This document shows, piece after piece, positions 1 through 15,964 of a stretch of 64,000 nt of DNA. The position numbers and the translations under genes are program-made. The notes beneath the pieces were generated by a model. The model was given only the letters and a program-made list of their open reading frames with translations, had not been told where the DNA came from and did not search any database. This DNA comes from the human T2T-CHM13v2.0 reference genome, Homo sapiens: assembly GCF_009914755.1 (NCBI RefSeq), contig NC_060929.1. The stretch is one strand, 5' to 3'. The first letter of the stretch is position 1; every line of letters starts with the position of its first letter.

Positions 1-559
1 TAGTCCCTGTTAATTTTTTTCACTCCCCCTACTACTCTAAAACATATGAGTATCCATGCACACCTGTGCACACAGGTACAGGTATAGAAGTCACCTTTCA
101 TCGGACTTTCTTCTTGTAACTAGAACAACGTTAATGCTTTTGCCCTGCTGGAATGTGTAGGTACTAATCACACTTTGGAGCCACACGGCTGGGTTCTGCA
201 GTAGCCAAACTATTCTTAGCTTCTCTGAAACAGATGTCCCATCGCTCACACCCCCTCTAGTGGCAGCCAGCCCTAGAACAGGGCTGAGCATGCACAGACT
301 AAAGACAAAAAAACCTCCCAAGAACTCACAAGAATATTTCCATGCTAGGTGTCACAGCCCTTGTATTGGTATAAATTTTACACAACCTTTCAAATATACA
401 ATATTCTGGCTTTGGGAACTGTTCACTTTAAGCATTAGGCATCTACCTTTTTCCTTTAAATGACCATTTGTACTGCCATATCGTAAACTCAGAAACAGAA
501 ACAGTGCACACTATGGAAAAAAAAATCCAAAGTCAGTGCAAAAAGAGCAGATAAATAAG

Positions 560-755
560 TTGTGATATAGTCCACATGATGGAATATCGTACAGCCACAA
601 AATATGAATGAACTACAGCTATACACAGCAACACAACTGATCTTTTTAAAAAACGTGTAAGAAAAAAAAACACTAGTCCTAGAAGAGCACATAAATATGG
701 TACCATTTTGATACACCTCAAAAACAAAAACTTTATTTAGGGATACATATATGTG
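560..755 (+). mobile_element. Old L1M (L1ME-like) 3' fragment
   Basis: ggaatatcgtacagcc...aatgaactacagctatacacagcaaca...atttagggatacata resembles old L1 3' ends. Confidence 0.55.
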
Positions 756-945
756 ATTTAAATATATAAATATTCATACTTGGTTTAAATATATACATGT
801 TTATATTTTGTTTAAATATATATCTATACTTTGAATATATAAACATTTATACCTTGTTTAAATATATAAATATTTAGATTAGATTTTGTTTAAATATATT
901 TAGATTTTGTTTAAATGTATGAATATTCATATTTCATTTAAATAT
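756..945. repeat. AT-rich degenerate tandem repeat (ttgtttaaatatata-like units)
   Basis: About 7 imperfect copies of tttaaatat(a/g)ta. Confidence 0.75.
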
Positions 946-2199
946 AAGCGCGGCTTTTTTTTGAAAAGCAAATGAATGAGGAGCACAAACTTCAGGACCA
1001 TGCTTGCTTCTGGCAGGCAGCAGGACGGGGTGGGCGGGGGAGCAACTGTATCAGTCCTGATTGGATAATAGGTTCATGTATATTCATTTTATTATGTTTT
1101 ACAACTTATATATATATTACAAATATCATTCAGTATATTCAATATGATCACTAACATGTACCTAAGGAACATATACAGGTAGGCCGACAGACAGACAGAC
1201 CTGCCCACTGACAGAACCCAGGGATAGGTTGTTGAAAGAGAGCACGATATTCTCTCAGATTCCCTCTTGTTGTCCAAAGACTACAGTTCGGACCATGAGG
1301 ATAAGATTTAAATCTTATTCTGGATAATGCAAAGAGTTTCCAAATCTTGAAACATTTTTGGGTTTACACCTAAGTCACCAGAATATGCATTCAACCCTGT
1401 CACTTGTACCTGGAGGCTGAACCTTTGAGCTTGCCTCTGAGCCTCAAAAAGCAAGAATTTAAGAACTTTGATCTCACCTGACCTTGGAAATAAATCATTT
1501 TTCTTCACCCCAATCCTGTGAGACTTTGTGTCAAAAGACACTCGGCCTGGCTGGGCCCCCCACCTGGAATGATGCTGACATTTCCGAGGCTGGAACCTCT
1601 CCGTTGAGCCTCGCTTGTTTCTCTGGACTTTGTCCCTGACCTTGGATTCCTATGACTGGGCCGTGCCAGTCTCTCTCCTGTAACCAGCGCCTGCCTCTCC
1701 ACAGCAGCTTGGGAGCCGGAGCCCTGGGCACTCAGGTGAACTAAATGCCAGGTGCTGCTGCCTGCAGAGTGCTGGTTGTCACCTCCCCACATTCACCCTG
1801 CCTGCGGGCACACCCTCTTTTTCATTGAATGTCTTTTGTTTCCCCTCTTGATAAAAGAATGTTCATTATAGGAAAAATAATGTAATAAGGGTGAACAAAA
1901 TCAAGAAAATAAAAAACACTTATATTCCCCTCACCCTGAGATAACTACATTTATGTACCAACATACAATTATGATGTACTGCGCATATACCTCACTGCGC
2001 TTACTTTAAATCTACAATTTTTGATACAAAATTAACAATAAAGGATGATCTTTCGTGTCCCTATATATTCTTCTACAACATGATCTTTATTGGCTACATA
2101 ATATTCCACTGATCCCAGTCACTATGGCTACATACCATGAATAACAAAATAAAACAAAACTTACTGGTATAACACAATGGTCACCCTCACACAAGCCCG

Positions 2200-2885
<686 letters not shown>

Positions 2886-3485
2886 TATGTCATTCTACAA
2901 AAAGACTGCAACAAAATAAACTAAAAATTGGAAAGTGAGTTTAATTTCTAGGTGATGAGTCTCTAAGTGATTTGGGTATTCTTCTGTGTAGTTTCCTTTA
3001 TTTTTGATTTCCTAAATTAGCACTGTATTACCTTTACAATTGGGGAAAAATTAAAGTTATTTTATAAATGCTACTAGGCAAATATGACTACAAGTAACAA
3101 TGTTTGGGGACTATAGATAAATAAATAATAAGAGAAATAGATTTCTAACCACCTGCAAAATCTTAATTTGTATTCATATAACTGCAACACAGCATAGGAT
3201 GAGTTAAGAGAAATGTTAACTACTAATCATTTTTTCTTTTATAATTTAAATTTATTGACGCAAGCATGCTATTAGGTAACAATTATTCTAGCCGAGTTAT
3301 TTTCCATATTTATAAATGAACTTCACGCATTTCAAATCCATAATAACTCAGGATCTGCTAACTAATCAAACCTAATAAACCTGGGGTTATGAGAATCTGA
3401 AAACACTGATAAAACCATCAGAGTTTTACCTTTCATTTGTTATCAAGCAGCTGTGTAGGCCCAAGGCACTGCCACAGGAAACACC

Positions 3486-3786
3486 TTTTTTTTTTCTTTT
3501 TTTTTTTGGAGACAGAGTCTCGCTCTGTCGCCCAGGCTTGAGTGCAGTGGCGTGATCTTGGCTCACCACAAGCTCCGCCTCCCAGGTTCACGCCATTCTC
3601 CTGCCTCAGCCTCCGGAGCTGGGACTACAGGCACCCGCCGCCACGCCCGGCTAATTTTTTTGTGTGTATTTTTAGTAGAGACGGGGTTTCACTGTGTTAG
3701 CCAGGATGGTCTCGATCTCCTGACCTCGTGATCCTCCCGCCTCAGCCTCCCAAAGTGCTGGAATTACAGGCGTGAGCTACCGAGCG
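3486..3786 (-). mobile_element. AluY
   Basis: Diagnostic aagctccgcctccc, ttcacgccattctc, ttagccaggatggtctcgatctcc. Confidence 0.93.
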
Positions 3787-4141
3787 AGGATGAAGTAGCC
3801 CCAAAATAATGAAAAATGGGTGACTGAACTCATGTTCAATCAGATTGTCATAAAATTACATTAACTTAAAGGAATGTCAAAAACGATCCTGAACAACAAA
3901 AATTATAAATTATAAGAAAATATAACATTGAATATCTTTTGCTTAGGGAGTTCTGAGTATTACATCATTGATAAGTTACCTAATGTCCACTGCTGCCAGA
4001 CCCACCTAAAATCCTGGATCCCCTAGTTTCCTGTTTTGACTTGACAAATCTGAATTTAAGGAGAACATGTTGCCTGTGAAAGGAATATGCAATCAGGTAC
4101 GGGTCTGAAAAACGTATCACCCTCATCAACAGAGCAACTAG

Positions 4142-4461
<320 letters not shown>

Positions 4462-5183
4462 ATCATTTTAGTGTCTCAAGAAATATATCCGTTGCTGTCC
4501 TGAAGATCCACGTCAATTTCCTAGAAGGCTCTTCCCTTGAACTTACATTCTAGGCACGTACTTACTTGAGTTAGATGGACTCTTGAGAGAAAAGAGTGGC
4601 CCTTAATTGTTCAGCATGAGACTTTTTTTTAAAACTCATAATTTTTTATGTAGGTACACCACTGATGGTAAGAAATAATAACTACAGTTCTCCACATCCT
4701 TTTATTCCAAAACAGCTTTAAAACCTACTTCTAGTCTCTTGTTTCATATTTGTCTTCAGTGGATCTAATTTTCAAAGCACAAATTTAAAAAATTAACCAC
4801 AGATTGGAAACTGCATGTAGAACTTGGAGAAACTTTCAGACCAAATCTGAGCAGCTCTGGCTAAGAGCTTGCTGTCAGTCAATGAATGGATCTGTTCTTT
4901 CTTCGGAGAGAGAAAGAAAAGGGCTTTGACTCTCTATTGTGCAATATATGACTGCAGAATTGTGCTCAATTATTATTTTTGAAAAAGGGAATAAAAGGCC
5001 CATTTGGGTTTTGATTTTGGCAGGGTACAGACTTTAAAACTGGTGCTTAGTTCCCAGGCTCGCCTAGGCCTCTTCAGCCAAAGATTTACCCAAGCACAGA
5101 TAGGCTTACTTATAACGCGTATGTCCAGCATATTCTGAATTTAAGTGATTCTTTTGAGGGATGCTTTTTTAATTTAATCTAAT

Positions 5184-5825
5184 TGCTATGGTTTGAAAGT
5201 CCCCTGCAAAACTCATGTTGAAATTTAATTGCCATCATGATGATATTAAGATGTGATTAAGACATGAGGGGTCTGCCTTCATGAATGGATTGTTTTTATA
5301 GCAGGAGTGGGTTAGTTACCATGACAGTGGGCTTGTTATAAAAGTGAGTTTGAGAAAAAACAAAATTTAAAAAAAGAAAGAAAAAACAAAAATTTTAAAA
5401 AGAAATAAGAAAAAAAATTAATGAAAAAAATAAAAGTGAGTTGGAGCTGAGTGTGATGGTGCATGACTGTAGTCTCATCTTCTCAGGGAACTGAGGCAGG
5501 AAAACTGCCTGAGCCCAGGAGTTTGAGGCTGCAGTGAACTACGATTGCACCACTGCACTCCAGCCTGAGTGACAGAGCGAGACTCTGTCTCTTAAAAAAA
5601 ATAAAACAAACAACAACAAAGCGAGTTTGGCCCTTTCTTGCTCTCTCGGGTTCTCCTGCCCTTCCATCTTCACCATGGGATGACATATCAAGAAGGCCCT
5701 CAAAGATGCAGGCCCCTTGACCTTGGACTTCTCAGCCTTCAGAACTATAAGCAATGAATTTCTTTCCTTTATATATTGCCCAGTCTCAGATAATCTGTTA
5801 CAGCAACACAAAACAGACTAAAACA
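5184..5825 (+). mobile_element. MST-family (MaLR) solo LTR interrupted by A-rich tract and Alu monomer
   Basis: tgctatggtttgaaagtcccc...ctcatgttgaaatttaattgcca; 3' ccttgaccttggacttctcagcc...acagactaaaaca. Confidence 0.85.
5445..5617 (+). mobile_element. Alu right monomer (FRAM/AluJ-like)
   Basis: gagcccaggagtttgaggctgcagtga...cactgcactccagcctg...A-rich tail. Confidence 0.85.
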
Positions 5826-8548
5826 ACAATGTATCCTTCACAGCAAGATTTTCTTTTAAACTCATGAAGATGTGGCTCTCTGTCTATAGTTGTGACTGAA
5901 CAGAAAACTAAAAAATACAGCTTTCAAATATGATGCCTTATTAACAAGGTTCCAGTCTTACTGTACAAGTTACAAGGTCCAGGTACAAGATTATAAAGTG
6001 CAAGTTACAAGGTGACTTTAAGACACATTAGAACAAATTCAAACTGTGAAGTCTAGTAGTTACAACACATGAATGTCAGAATTACTGTTACACTTAACAT
6101 GGAGCGTGATTAAACCTCTTAAGCTATCAGGTAAACATTTAATGCTTTTTATTTGGGAATTCAGATCAGCCAATCTGTGGCTAATCCAGGCAAGTTTGAG
6201 ATAAAGATATGAGTCATAAATATAAAAAATACATTTTTCTCACTAAGTTCCATTCCTTAGAGGAGACAATTTAGCAAACGCTAGATGACTTTCTACTTTT
6301 AAGAGTGACATAATGTTGTGCTCAAGGATTTAATGTGTTAGACATCTCTGATTTAAATGCTCCAATTTGTTCTGGGCCTATAAGCTGGGTGAACACCAAG
6401 GACTTGGGTTTTACAACCAAAGATTCTTGAATCCTTTCACCTTCCCACCTCCAACCCCTCCGCCTACTTGAAAGCATACAACCAACTAGAGCATTTTCAC
6501 TGGCCATTTTCTGGAAGCCCACAAAACAAAAGAGCATTTCATTGCAAGAATCAGGGCCACACAACTGCTTCTCCTAAGAGTTTGAGAGATAGACAGGCTG
6601 AGGACGCCCACAATCTGACCAAGCTAGGGGCAAAAAAAACCTCAGGACCCCCTTTGCTAATCCCTGCTGGCTCTGGAAAGACTGACTCTGTTGAATCTGT
6701 GCTCTGCCTCTCAAGAATCAGCTCAAGGTAAGGCCATCAGATGCAATGGCCTAGCTGCAAGCTCGGGAAGCCCCATCCACTTCCTGCAGAGAGCACACCG
6801 CTAGGGGCATCTGGATTCCTGGAATATCTATCAGAAAATCCGATAGCTCTCAGCCATAATTTTCAGGTTTCAAGCTTTAGATGCCAAGGAAAAAATTGCT
6901 TTAAATTGGCACCAAACAATAAAACAAGATTCATGATGAGAATAACTTGTTCATCTGAGTTATAATGTACCAACTATTGAAGAAATTTTGAATGATTTGT
7001 TGTATGTAAAGTTATTTCTTTCTAATTTATAACATACTTGGAAAAACCTGGCCAAACTGAAAACAGTTTTATGTTTTTAAATGATGCTGTGCATACAGAA
7101 AAGGTCACATGCATACTTTCTCATTCGTTAAGAGGACTTTATTCAATCAAATGCTACAGTTTCATGCAGAAAGGAAAAACTATTATAATACTATGGATCA
7201 GGTTTCAATTCAGTGCTAGGAATGAACCATAAAGATGTCAATTTGGTTCTGTTGGCAGACAGCTCTATGTAAATCCTGTTCACAGATTGTAGAGTTAGTG
7301 TTTATTAAAGAAATAGGTCAAGCATGGGTCCTTCTCAGAACATACCCACTGAGAACCACATTTTCACAAAGGAATTTTCCAGGTACAAATATTGACATGT
7401 GAATGGCATATGACTAAAATTATCTAATGTTGATTGTTGATGAGGCCATCAGAAATTAGACCCTGGGTTTACCATTACATTCAGTGTGACATTTGTGAAC
7501 TTTATGAATACTCTTTAAACATCCAGAAAAACCACACCTGCATAAGTGTACATATCTACTACCACGTTTATGCTAAATTTTGAAGGAAATACTTTAAGCT
7601 TAGTGTAGTTGACAAAAGCAATTTTTCCCAAAGAGTAAATGATAGTTTGTGATCTACATAACGAGCCATTAGGATTGTAGGGAAGGAAAGGAGAAGTTCC
7701 TTCTCAATGTAAAAGCTTAACAATGGCACTGTGAGTGGTGAATGGCCCACTATTTGATCCACTTTTTTTAAACAGTGAAATTAATGCTAGGAATGCTTCT
7801 TAAAGGTCATGAAACGCCATGGAAAAAAAGGCTTGGCTTATCCTGAGATCTAGCCCAATGAAGAAGGAGGAAAAATTAAGCCTTTCTGACTAACCTGAGA
7901 ATCTCAGTTGTGTAGCCAAAGGGCAGTTGGAGGTGATTTCTAGCTCCTGCCATGTGAGGGGGAGGTTTCTGAGCTCAGCACCTGTGAATGTGGAGGTGAA
8001 AAAACCCTAATCCCACATGGCTCACATGAGCAAAAGAGCACCTCTGTCTGCCTTCAAAGATCTACTTATCAGTCACTGTATTTTGTTCTTGAAATAAAGT
8101 GTTCTTTAATTTTTCAGTGTTAAAAATATAAGCACTATCTAGTGCCAGATGCTAAGAATCACTGCAGACAACATATCGAATCATCAAAGAAATTCAAGGA
8201 ATAAGTATGTAACTTCACATCTCCAATGTGGTAAATAGCATTACACATTGGAAACTGCAGTGGCCACACCGAGGAAAGTATCCCTTTGGTGTAAAAAGAC
8301 AACAATATGAAAGGGACACATAAATCCCTCACATTGCACCATCATACACTTCTCAGGCTGTATGGGGTACTTGCAACAGTTCACTTGTACCTCCCATTAA
8401 CCAGATGAAAACCTGAGGCCGAAAGAGAAGTGAAGTTGGCAGGACCACGAGCTGCAGGGTTGGGACCAGAATGAAAGTTAGCTGTACCTGGATATACACC
8501 TAACCAGTTCTAGAATGAATAAGACCCTTCCTATAAACGGTACTTCCC

Positions 8549-8947
<399 letters not shown>

Positions 8948-9365
8948 CTAAGTCTAACAAAAGCCCTAGAATAGGGAGCTTCTCACTCCGTAACCAAACC
9001 TAACAGTTAGCAAAGTATGTCCTTCGGTTCTGCTGTGCTAATATTTTTTCCAAATCATCATTAAACACTCAAACAGCTTCTGTATTAAGAGACAGCACAG
9101 CAGAAATTCTCACATGCAAATTTTAGATGCATTCAGAAGGGTTGTGGGTGCAAGAAAGAAGGGGAGAAAATACCTTGACCAGTCAAACTGAGTCTCAGTA
9201 AATCTGAAAGAACCCTGAGTCAAAGAGCATGGAGTGCTTTTTCAAATCCACTGAAATTACCCTAGCTCAGCTTGTCTAATCTTTCCCCAACCACAGTTAG
9301 AGAGAAAGCCTCGATTTCCTTGCCTGACAAATGAGGTAACCCAGGCATACAAAGCTTAAGACACT

Positions 9366-9847
<482 letters not shown>

Positions 9848-9899
9848 TTAAGTCAGTTTCCCCAATAGACTCTCCTGCTTAAGAGAACCAACTTAGAGA

Positions 9900-10410
9900 T
9901 ACCTGACAAACACTACTTCAGTCATAACACATGTCGATGGCTTGTACCCTTGATAGGATGATGAAAATGACATTTTACCTCTGAAATTTTTCTCCCAAAA
10001 ACACATACCCCCAATCTAATCATGAGAAAAACATCAGACAAATTTCAAGAGGAGGCATCAATGACTAGTACACCTCAAAACTGCCCATATCAACCAAAAC
10101 AAAGGAAATCTCAAAAACTGGAACAGCTAAGAGGAGCTTAAAGGGACATGACAAATAAATGCAATGTGGGATCCTAGATGGGATCCTGAAACACAAAAGT
10201 GACATTAGGTAAGAACTAAGGAAATCGGAATAAAGCATGGACTTTAGTTAATAAGAATAAATTAGCTATTGCTTCATTGATTGTACCACACCAATGTAGG
10301 ATGCTATTAATGGGGGGATGGGGGGGACTGTTTCCAGGAGGTGGGGAGTGTATGGAAAGTCTGTACTGTCTTCTCAATTTTCTGTAAATCTAAAACTGTT
10401 TTTAAAAATA
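9900..10410 (+). mobile_element. L1MC/L1MD-like 3' fragment
   Basis: aaatgcaatgtgggatcctagatgggatcctg...ctgtaaatctaaaactgttt. Confidence 0.7.
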
Positions 10411-10577
10411 ACGCCTGTGTGAGAGAACCAACTAATGCAAGATTCAAACCCACTGAACAGTTTAATTCCTTAGCAGAGCAAGATCCCTCTCACTCATACT
10501 TACAAATCTTTGTCTTAGAGCTTTAGTTAGCAGGAATCACTCCTCAGAGCCTACACATTTCTGTAGGAACAAAGTAA

Positions 10578-10891
<314 letters not shown>

Positions 10892-13094
10892 TGTAAATGT
10901 CTTTAACAAACATGGAGCTGGCAAACAAAAATGAGAGCCATGCTCACCCTATCCCAGTTCCTATCCTTTATCATATTATTAATTCCTAAATTAACCAATT
11001 AATTTAGGAAGATTTGGTCTTAGAAGATGACCTGTGTGGGTAAAATGTATTTATATTACTAGATAGAAATTGTTTTTATTGAAAAGTTTTTTGAAAATTA
11101 ATCTTTATTTCTATCAATTAGGCCTAAAAATATAAATCTTTTTTTTCCATGTATTTCAAACCTTACTTGTTGGGTTAATTAAGATACTGGAAAAGAAAAG
11201 AGGAAACTTTCTTAAGTGAGTCACTGTACATATTTTGTCATGATTGTAGAAATTATGTCATCATATCCATTGACAATATATCTTAAATTTCTGTTTCCAA
11301 TTACACAAATTATTTTATTATATGAATACAAACTTTTTTGTTATTCCTTTTTAAAAGAAATCTAAAACTTAAGCAGTATTTCTTGTCTGCTCTATTTATA
11401 CAACTGTATTTATACAACTGCTGGGTCAGAAATGTATTTTCTGCTTAGGAATCAGATTTTAAATTCTCAGTTTGCTTTTCATTCTCTTCTTTATCCTCCT
11501 CTTTACTACTGATAAAACTCTATCAGTAAAGAAAATTATTGCCTGTGCATAATTGCAATTTAAAATAATTCTAAAAACTCATACTGAACAAACTATGTAT
11601 GAAATTCCTTGTCTTCATAGATGTCTTTTACTGATTTCCAACATTATACTGCATAAATCAGATCCTATTTCCAGCTGAGACGTTCTCTTACAGTTTTTTA
11701 TTTAAATGATTTCCCTAAAAGATGACAATGTAGAAAAAGCACTTGGAGCATGAAGCAGATAGACAGCAAAACCCAAAACACATTTTAATCCATTCCAAAC
11801 ACATGACTGTTTCCCTATCTCAAAAGAGTAATTTAAGGTTCTCTTTATCTTGACATTCCCACAAGCAAGTTTCTATAAAATAGAAAGAGAACCTTAACCT
11901 GCCTATGCGCAGCACACAGATCAGAGCACAGGGCAAGACAAATGCCTACCAGAGCCTATGCCAGCTCTTCCCTGGGGCCAGCCCACCCCTCCCAGGCTGC
12001 CCGCCACCTCCACGAGAAGCACCAGGGATCACGTTTCTCTTCTTATATCCAATGTCACCCTCTCTCCTGAGTCTCTTGGCAAGTCTGCATCCTGCCCATG
12101 AAAATCTGGGATTTGAAATGAAGGAACAAGCAAGCAGTTGTAAACAGATCATGAAATTAACCTTTCCAGCTGAAATAAGCCTTATTTGCATAAGCACAGC
12201 TTCCAAAGGTGCGTTACATAAAATACAGGGTGATTTTTTATAAGATTTTTCATGGCATTATTTTGTCCTCCTTTTGTACAATTCATTTTGTGATGCCCAC
12301 TTAGATACAAGTCAGGTTCCTCAGCCATCGTTTTTAAGTAATACAAATATATTTTAAGGCAGAAATTTAAAAAATCAATTCCTACAAAAATTCATCTTAC
12401 TGCAATATTAATCCCCATACTCCCCTCATTTTCCCGCCTCTCATACACCCAGTTGGTAGAGTGCACTGTGGTCCCCTCAATCAACTGCCCCAGCCCTTTC
12501 CTTGTCCATTTGGAAACAGCCCCTTTACCATAGAATGGATGAATGATGGACCTTCCATAAAAAGAGAGCTGAGGTTTGCCTCTGGCTGGGCAAGGAGCCC
12601 ACTGGCAGTCAGCATCTCCTGCACCCTCACACCTCACAGCCTCTCACCCTATCTCTGTGTCTCCCCCACCCCACAGTCCTCTGAACTGACAGCATGGCTA
12701 ACCCTCGGGAACATTCCAGCAGCCTTCTCCAACTGAGTGCATGCAGCCCTGTTCTCCCAATACAGCAGTTTTGTTCACATCCCAAAAATGAGTCTGAAAG
12801 GAAATCCCAAAAGAAAATGCCTCCCTCCCCTCCCTTCCAAATCCTCACACATGATTCTCACAAATTCATGTTGCCCAGTATCATAGCAAGATACACAGCA
12901 CTTCCTAGAATGAGTCCCAACTTCATCCTTGGCCTCCGATTGATGGTATTTTTCTTCATTTTCCCACTCTGGTAAATTACTCTTGGATTTAGATTCCTGT
13001 CACTAAAATTCTATTTCAGAGCTACATCTTGGTGGCTCAGTCCCCTCCCTCACCCTCCCTCCATTAAGCACAACACGGAAAGAAAGTTCCCTAC

Positions 13095-13125
13095 CTTTCA
13101 CTGAGGCTTCTCCACAACTGTGCAC
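13095..13125 (-). CDS. RETREG1: RETREG1 coding exon 3 (31 nt)
   Basis: ttttgcttctccctgttgcag|GT GCA CAG TTG TGG AGA AGC CTC AGT GAA AG|gtaggg; continues the exon 2 frame as GAQLWRSLSE(S). Confidence 0.95.
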
Positions 13126-15007
13126 CTGCAACAGGGAGAAGCAAAATGTGAAACTTAACAGAGGTATTTTTCTCCTGAAATATTTCTCAACTCTGAACTA
13201 GTCCAAGCTATTTAAAGTGGAATGCTCAGATCTCTAACACTCAGGACACCATCAAGTCATACAGTGTACACTGCTGGCACCATGGCTAATTCAGGCAATT
13301 CGTCCACATATACTTATTGAGATCCTACTACATGTAAAACACTTGGGTGAGTACCGTGGGAGATAGGACACTCTATAATACATGGACCCTGCCTCGGGGA
13401 CTTCATTGTCCCCTGGGGCAGACAAAATATGAACCCAAGTAAATATGAACCAAGATAGGCAGTATAGGAACTAACTACACAAGAGGGAGGCACACACCAT
13501 GTGAGTTCAGGGAAGAGAGAAAATGCAGCTGCTCAAAAAGCGCCAATAATAGAAATGGCATTTAAGGTGAGTCTTGACATGGTGCCGACAAAAGGAGAAC
13601 TAAGACAACTGTTATTTGAAAAAAGGAGATTTTTATCTATTCATTGTTTAGATGTTTTGACTTTTAGGTAGGTGCAAATGAAATCAATATAAAACATAAA
13701 ATACACACACACACACATATATACATATGCACACCTAGATCTAATTTGCTTTCTTAATTTTCCAACCAATGTCTTTATTTGACTACATCTTGATATTATA
13801 CTCCCAGCTACCAGCTTTAATGCAGCTCAATGTAAGAAATGATCATGAGGAAGCTTCCGCATTTTCCATCTAACAAAAAGCCAAATGTGTTGTCCCTTAT
13901 GTTTTTCAATATCCCCTATCGAGAGCTATGGGATAAATCCTTCTTAACCTTTACTTCCAGAAATAAGTGTCTCAAAATTGCTTGCTTCATTTTTTTCAAA
14001 TAATTAGAATTGTGCAATTGATGTGGTTTTCCTTTTTGCCTTGGCTGCCAATATGCATGTGGATAAATCTGTTGATCAATCAGTGGTTACCAGGTTAGAC
14101 TCTTGCTCCTCTTCTAGACCTCTTTTGAACAGTTTTGTGCTTATGTTCCAAATAAGCTTCTTCAAACTTGTTGGAGGAAGGTGGCATATAAAAACAAATG
14201 GAGAACTCAAAAGAATGCAGGGGACTGTGAGCAATAATAAGGTTTCAACTAAAGTTGGAAAGTTGGAAAGCATCAGCTCAGCTTGTCATTTGACAATTCT
14301 CTAACAATCCTGGAGCCAAGAGTGGAGAAAGTAGATGATGGTATAGGATGGGCATTGGCTTGTTTGTTTTATTATTAAAAAGTAAAGAAATGAGTATAGC
14401 TGATGGATAAGGAAACAAGGACCTTTAGAATGGTAAGGACAGCATCTCTGTAGTCATTGAGCATGGACCAGGTAGGAGCTGAGTAGAGGGAGGAAGTCAG
14501 TCTAAAGGCAGGGCTGAAGAACAGTACAAGTGGCAAGAGACTTAGCAGGGAAAGAGTCCATCCAAGAGTCAAAGAGCTGGTTCAACAGGCATGAAAGGCC
14601 AGGGAGGAGTGGAGACAGGGTGCACTGAGAACTAACTCGCAGACTCTGCAGGTCTTGGAGACACTGTGCTTCCAAAGGCCAAGGTCAAAGATGAGGCTAC
14701 CTGATAGGCAACCAAATCCAGGCCATCTGACAAGCTATCAGAGTACAAGTTGGAATGACAGAGAATGGTGAGTGCACGAAGGACTGCAGTTCATGGGCCA
14801 CAATCCCTACTGAGACCACAGTTGATGGCAACCAGGGTGCTGAGGCCAGGCATCAATGGACAGTGTAGATTTCACAGGAAGGAAAGTATAAAGCAGCAGT
14901 GGTTACAGATGCTCCACAGGTGGCTGGGGGAGCCTCAGAGCCACCCACTGAGCCCTCCTCCCACAGCACAGGGCAGTAGCTAGAGAAGATCTTCAAGAGA
15001 GCTGGGG

Positions 15008-15908
<901 letters not shown>

Positions 15909-15964
15909 TCATCCATCTATTTCATATTAAGCACCTAAGATGGTATCAAAGATTGTAACTGGGA

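Noticed and set aside
1472-1680. Strong minus-strand donor CAG|gtgaga at 1477
   Set aside because: Upstream AGs (near 1564, 1597, 1678) have poor pyrimidine tracts; no convincing exon
14023-14304. Coding-looking stretch (LKKLIWNISTKLFKRGLEEEQES), possible pseudogene fragment
   Set aside because: No recognisable parent protein, poly(A) or TSD
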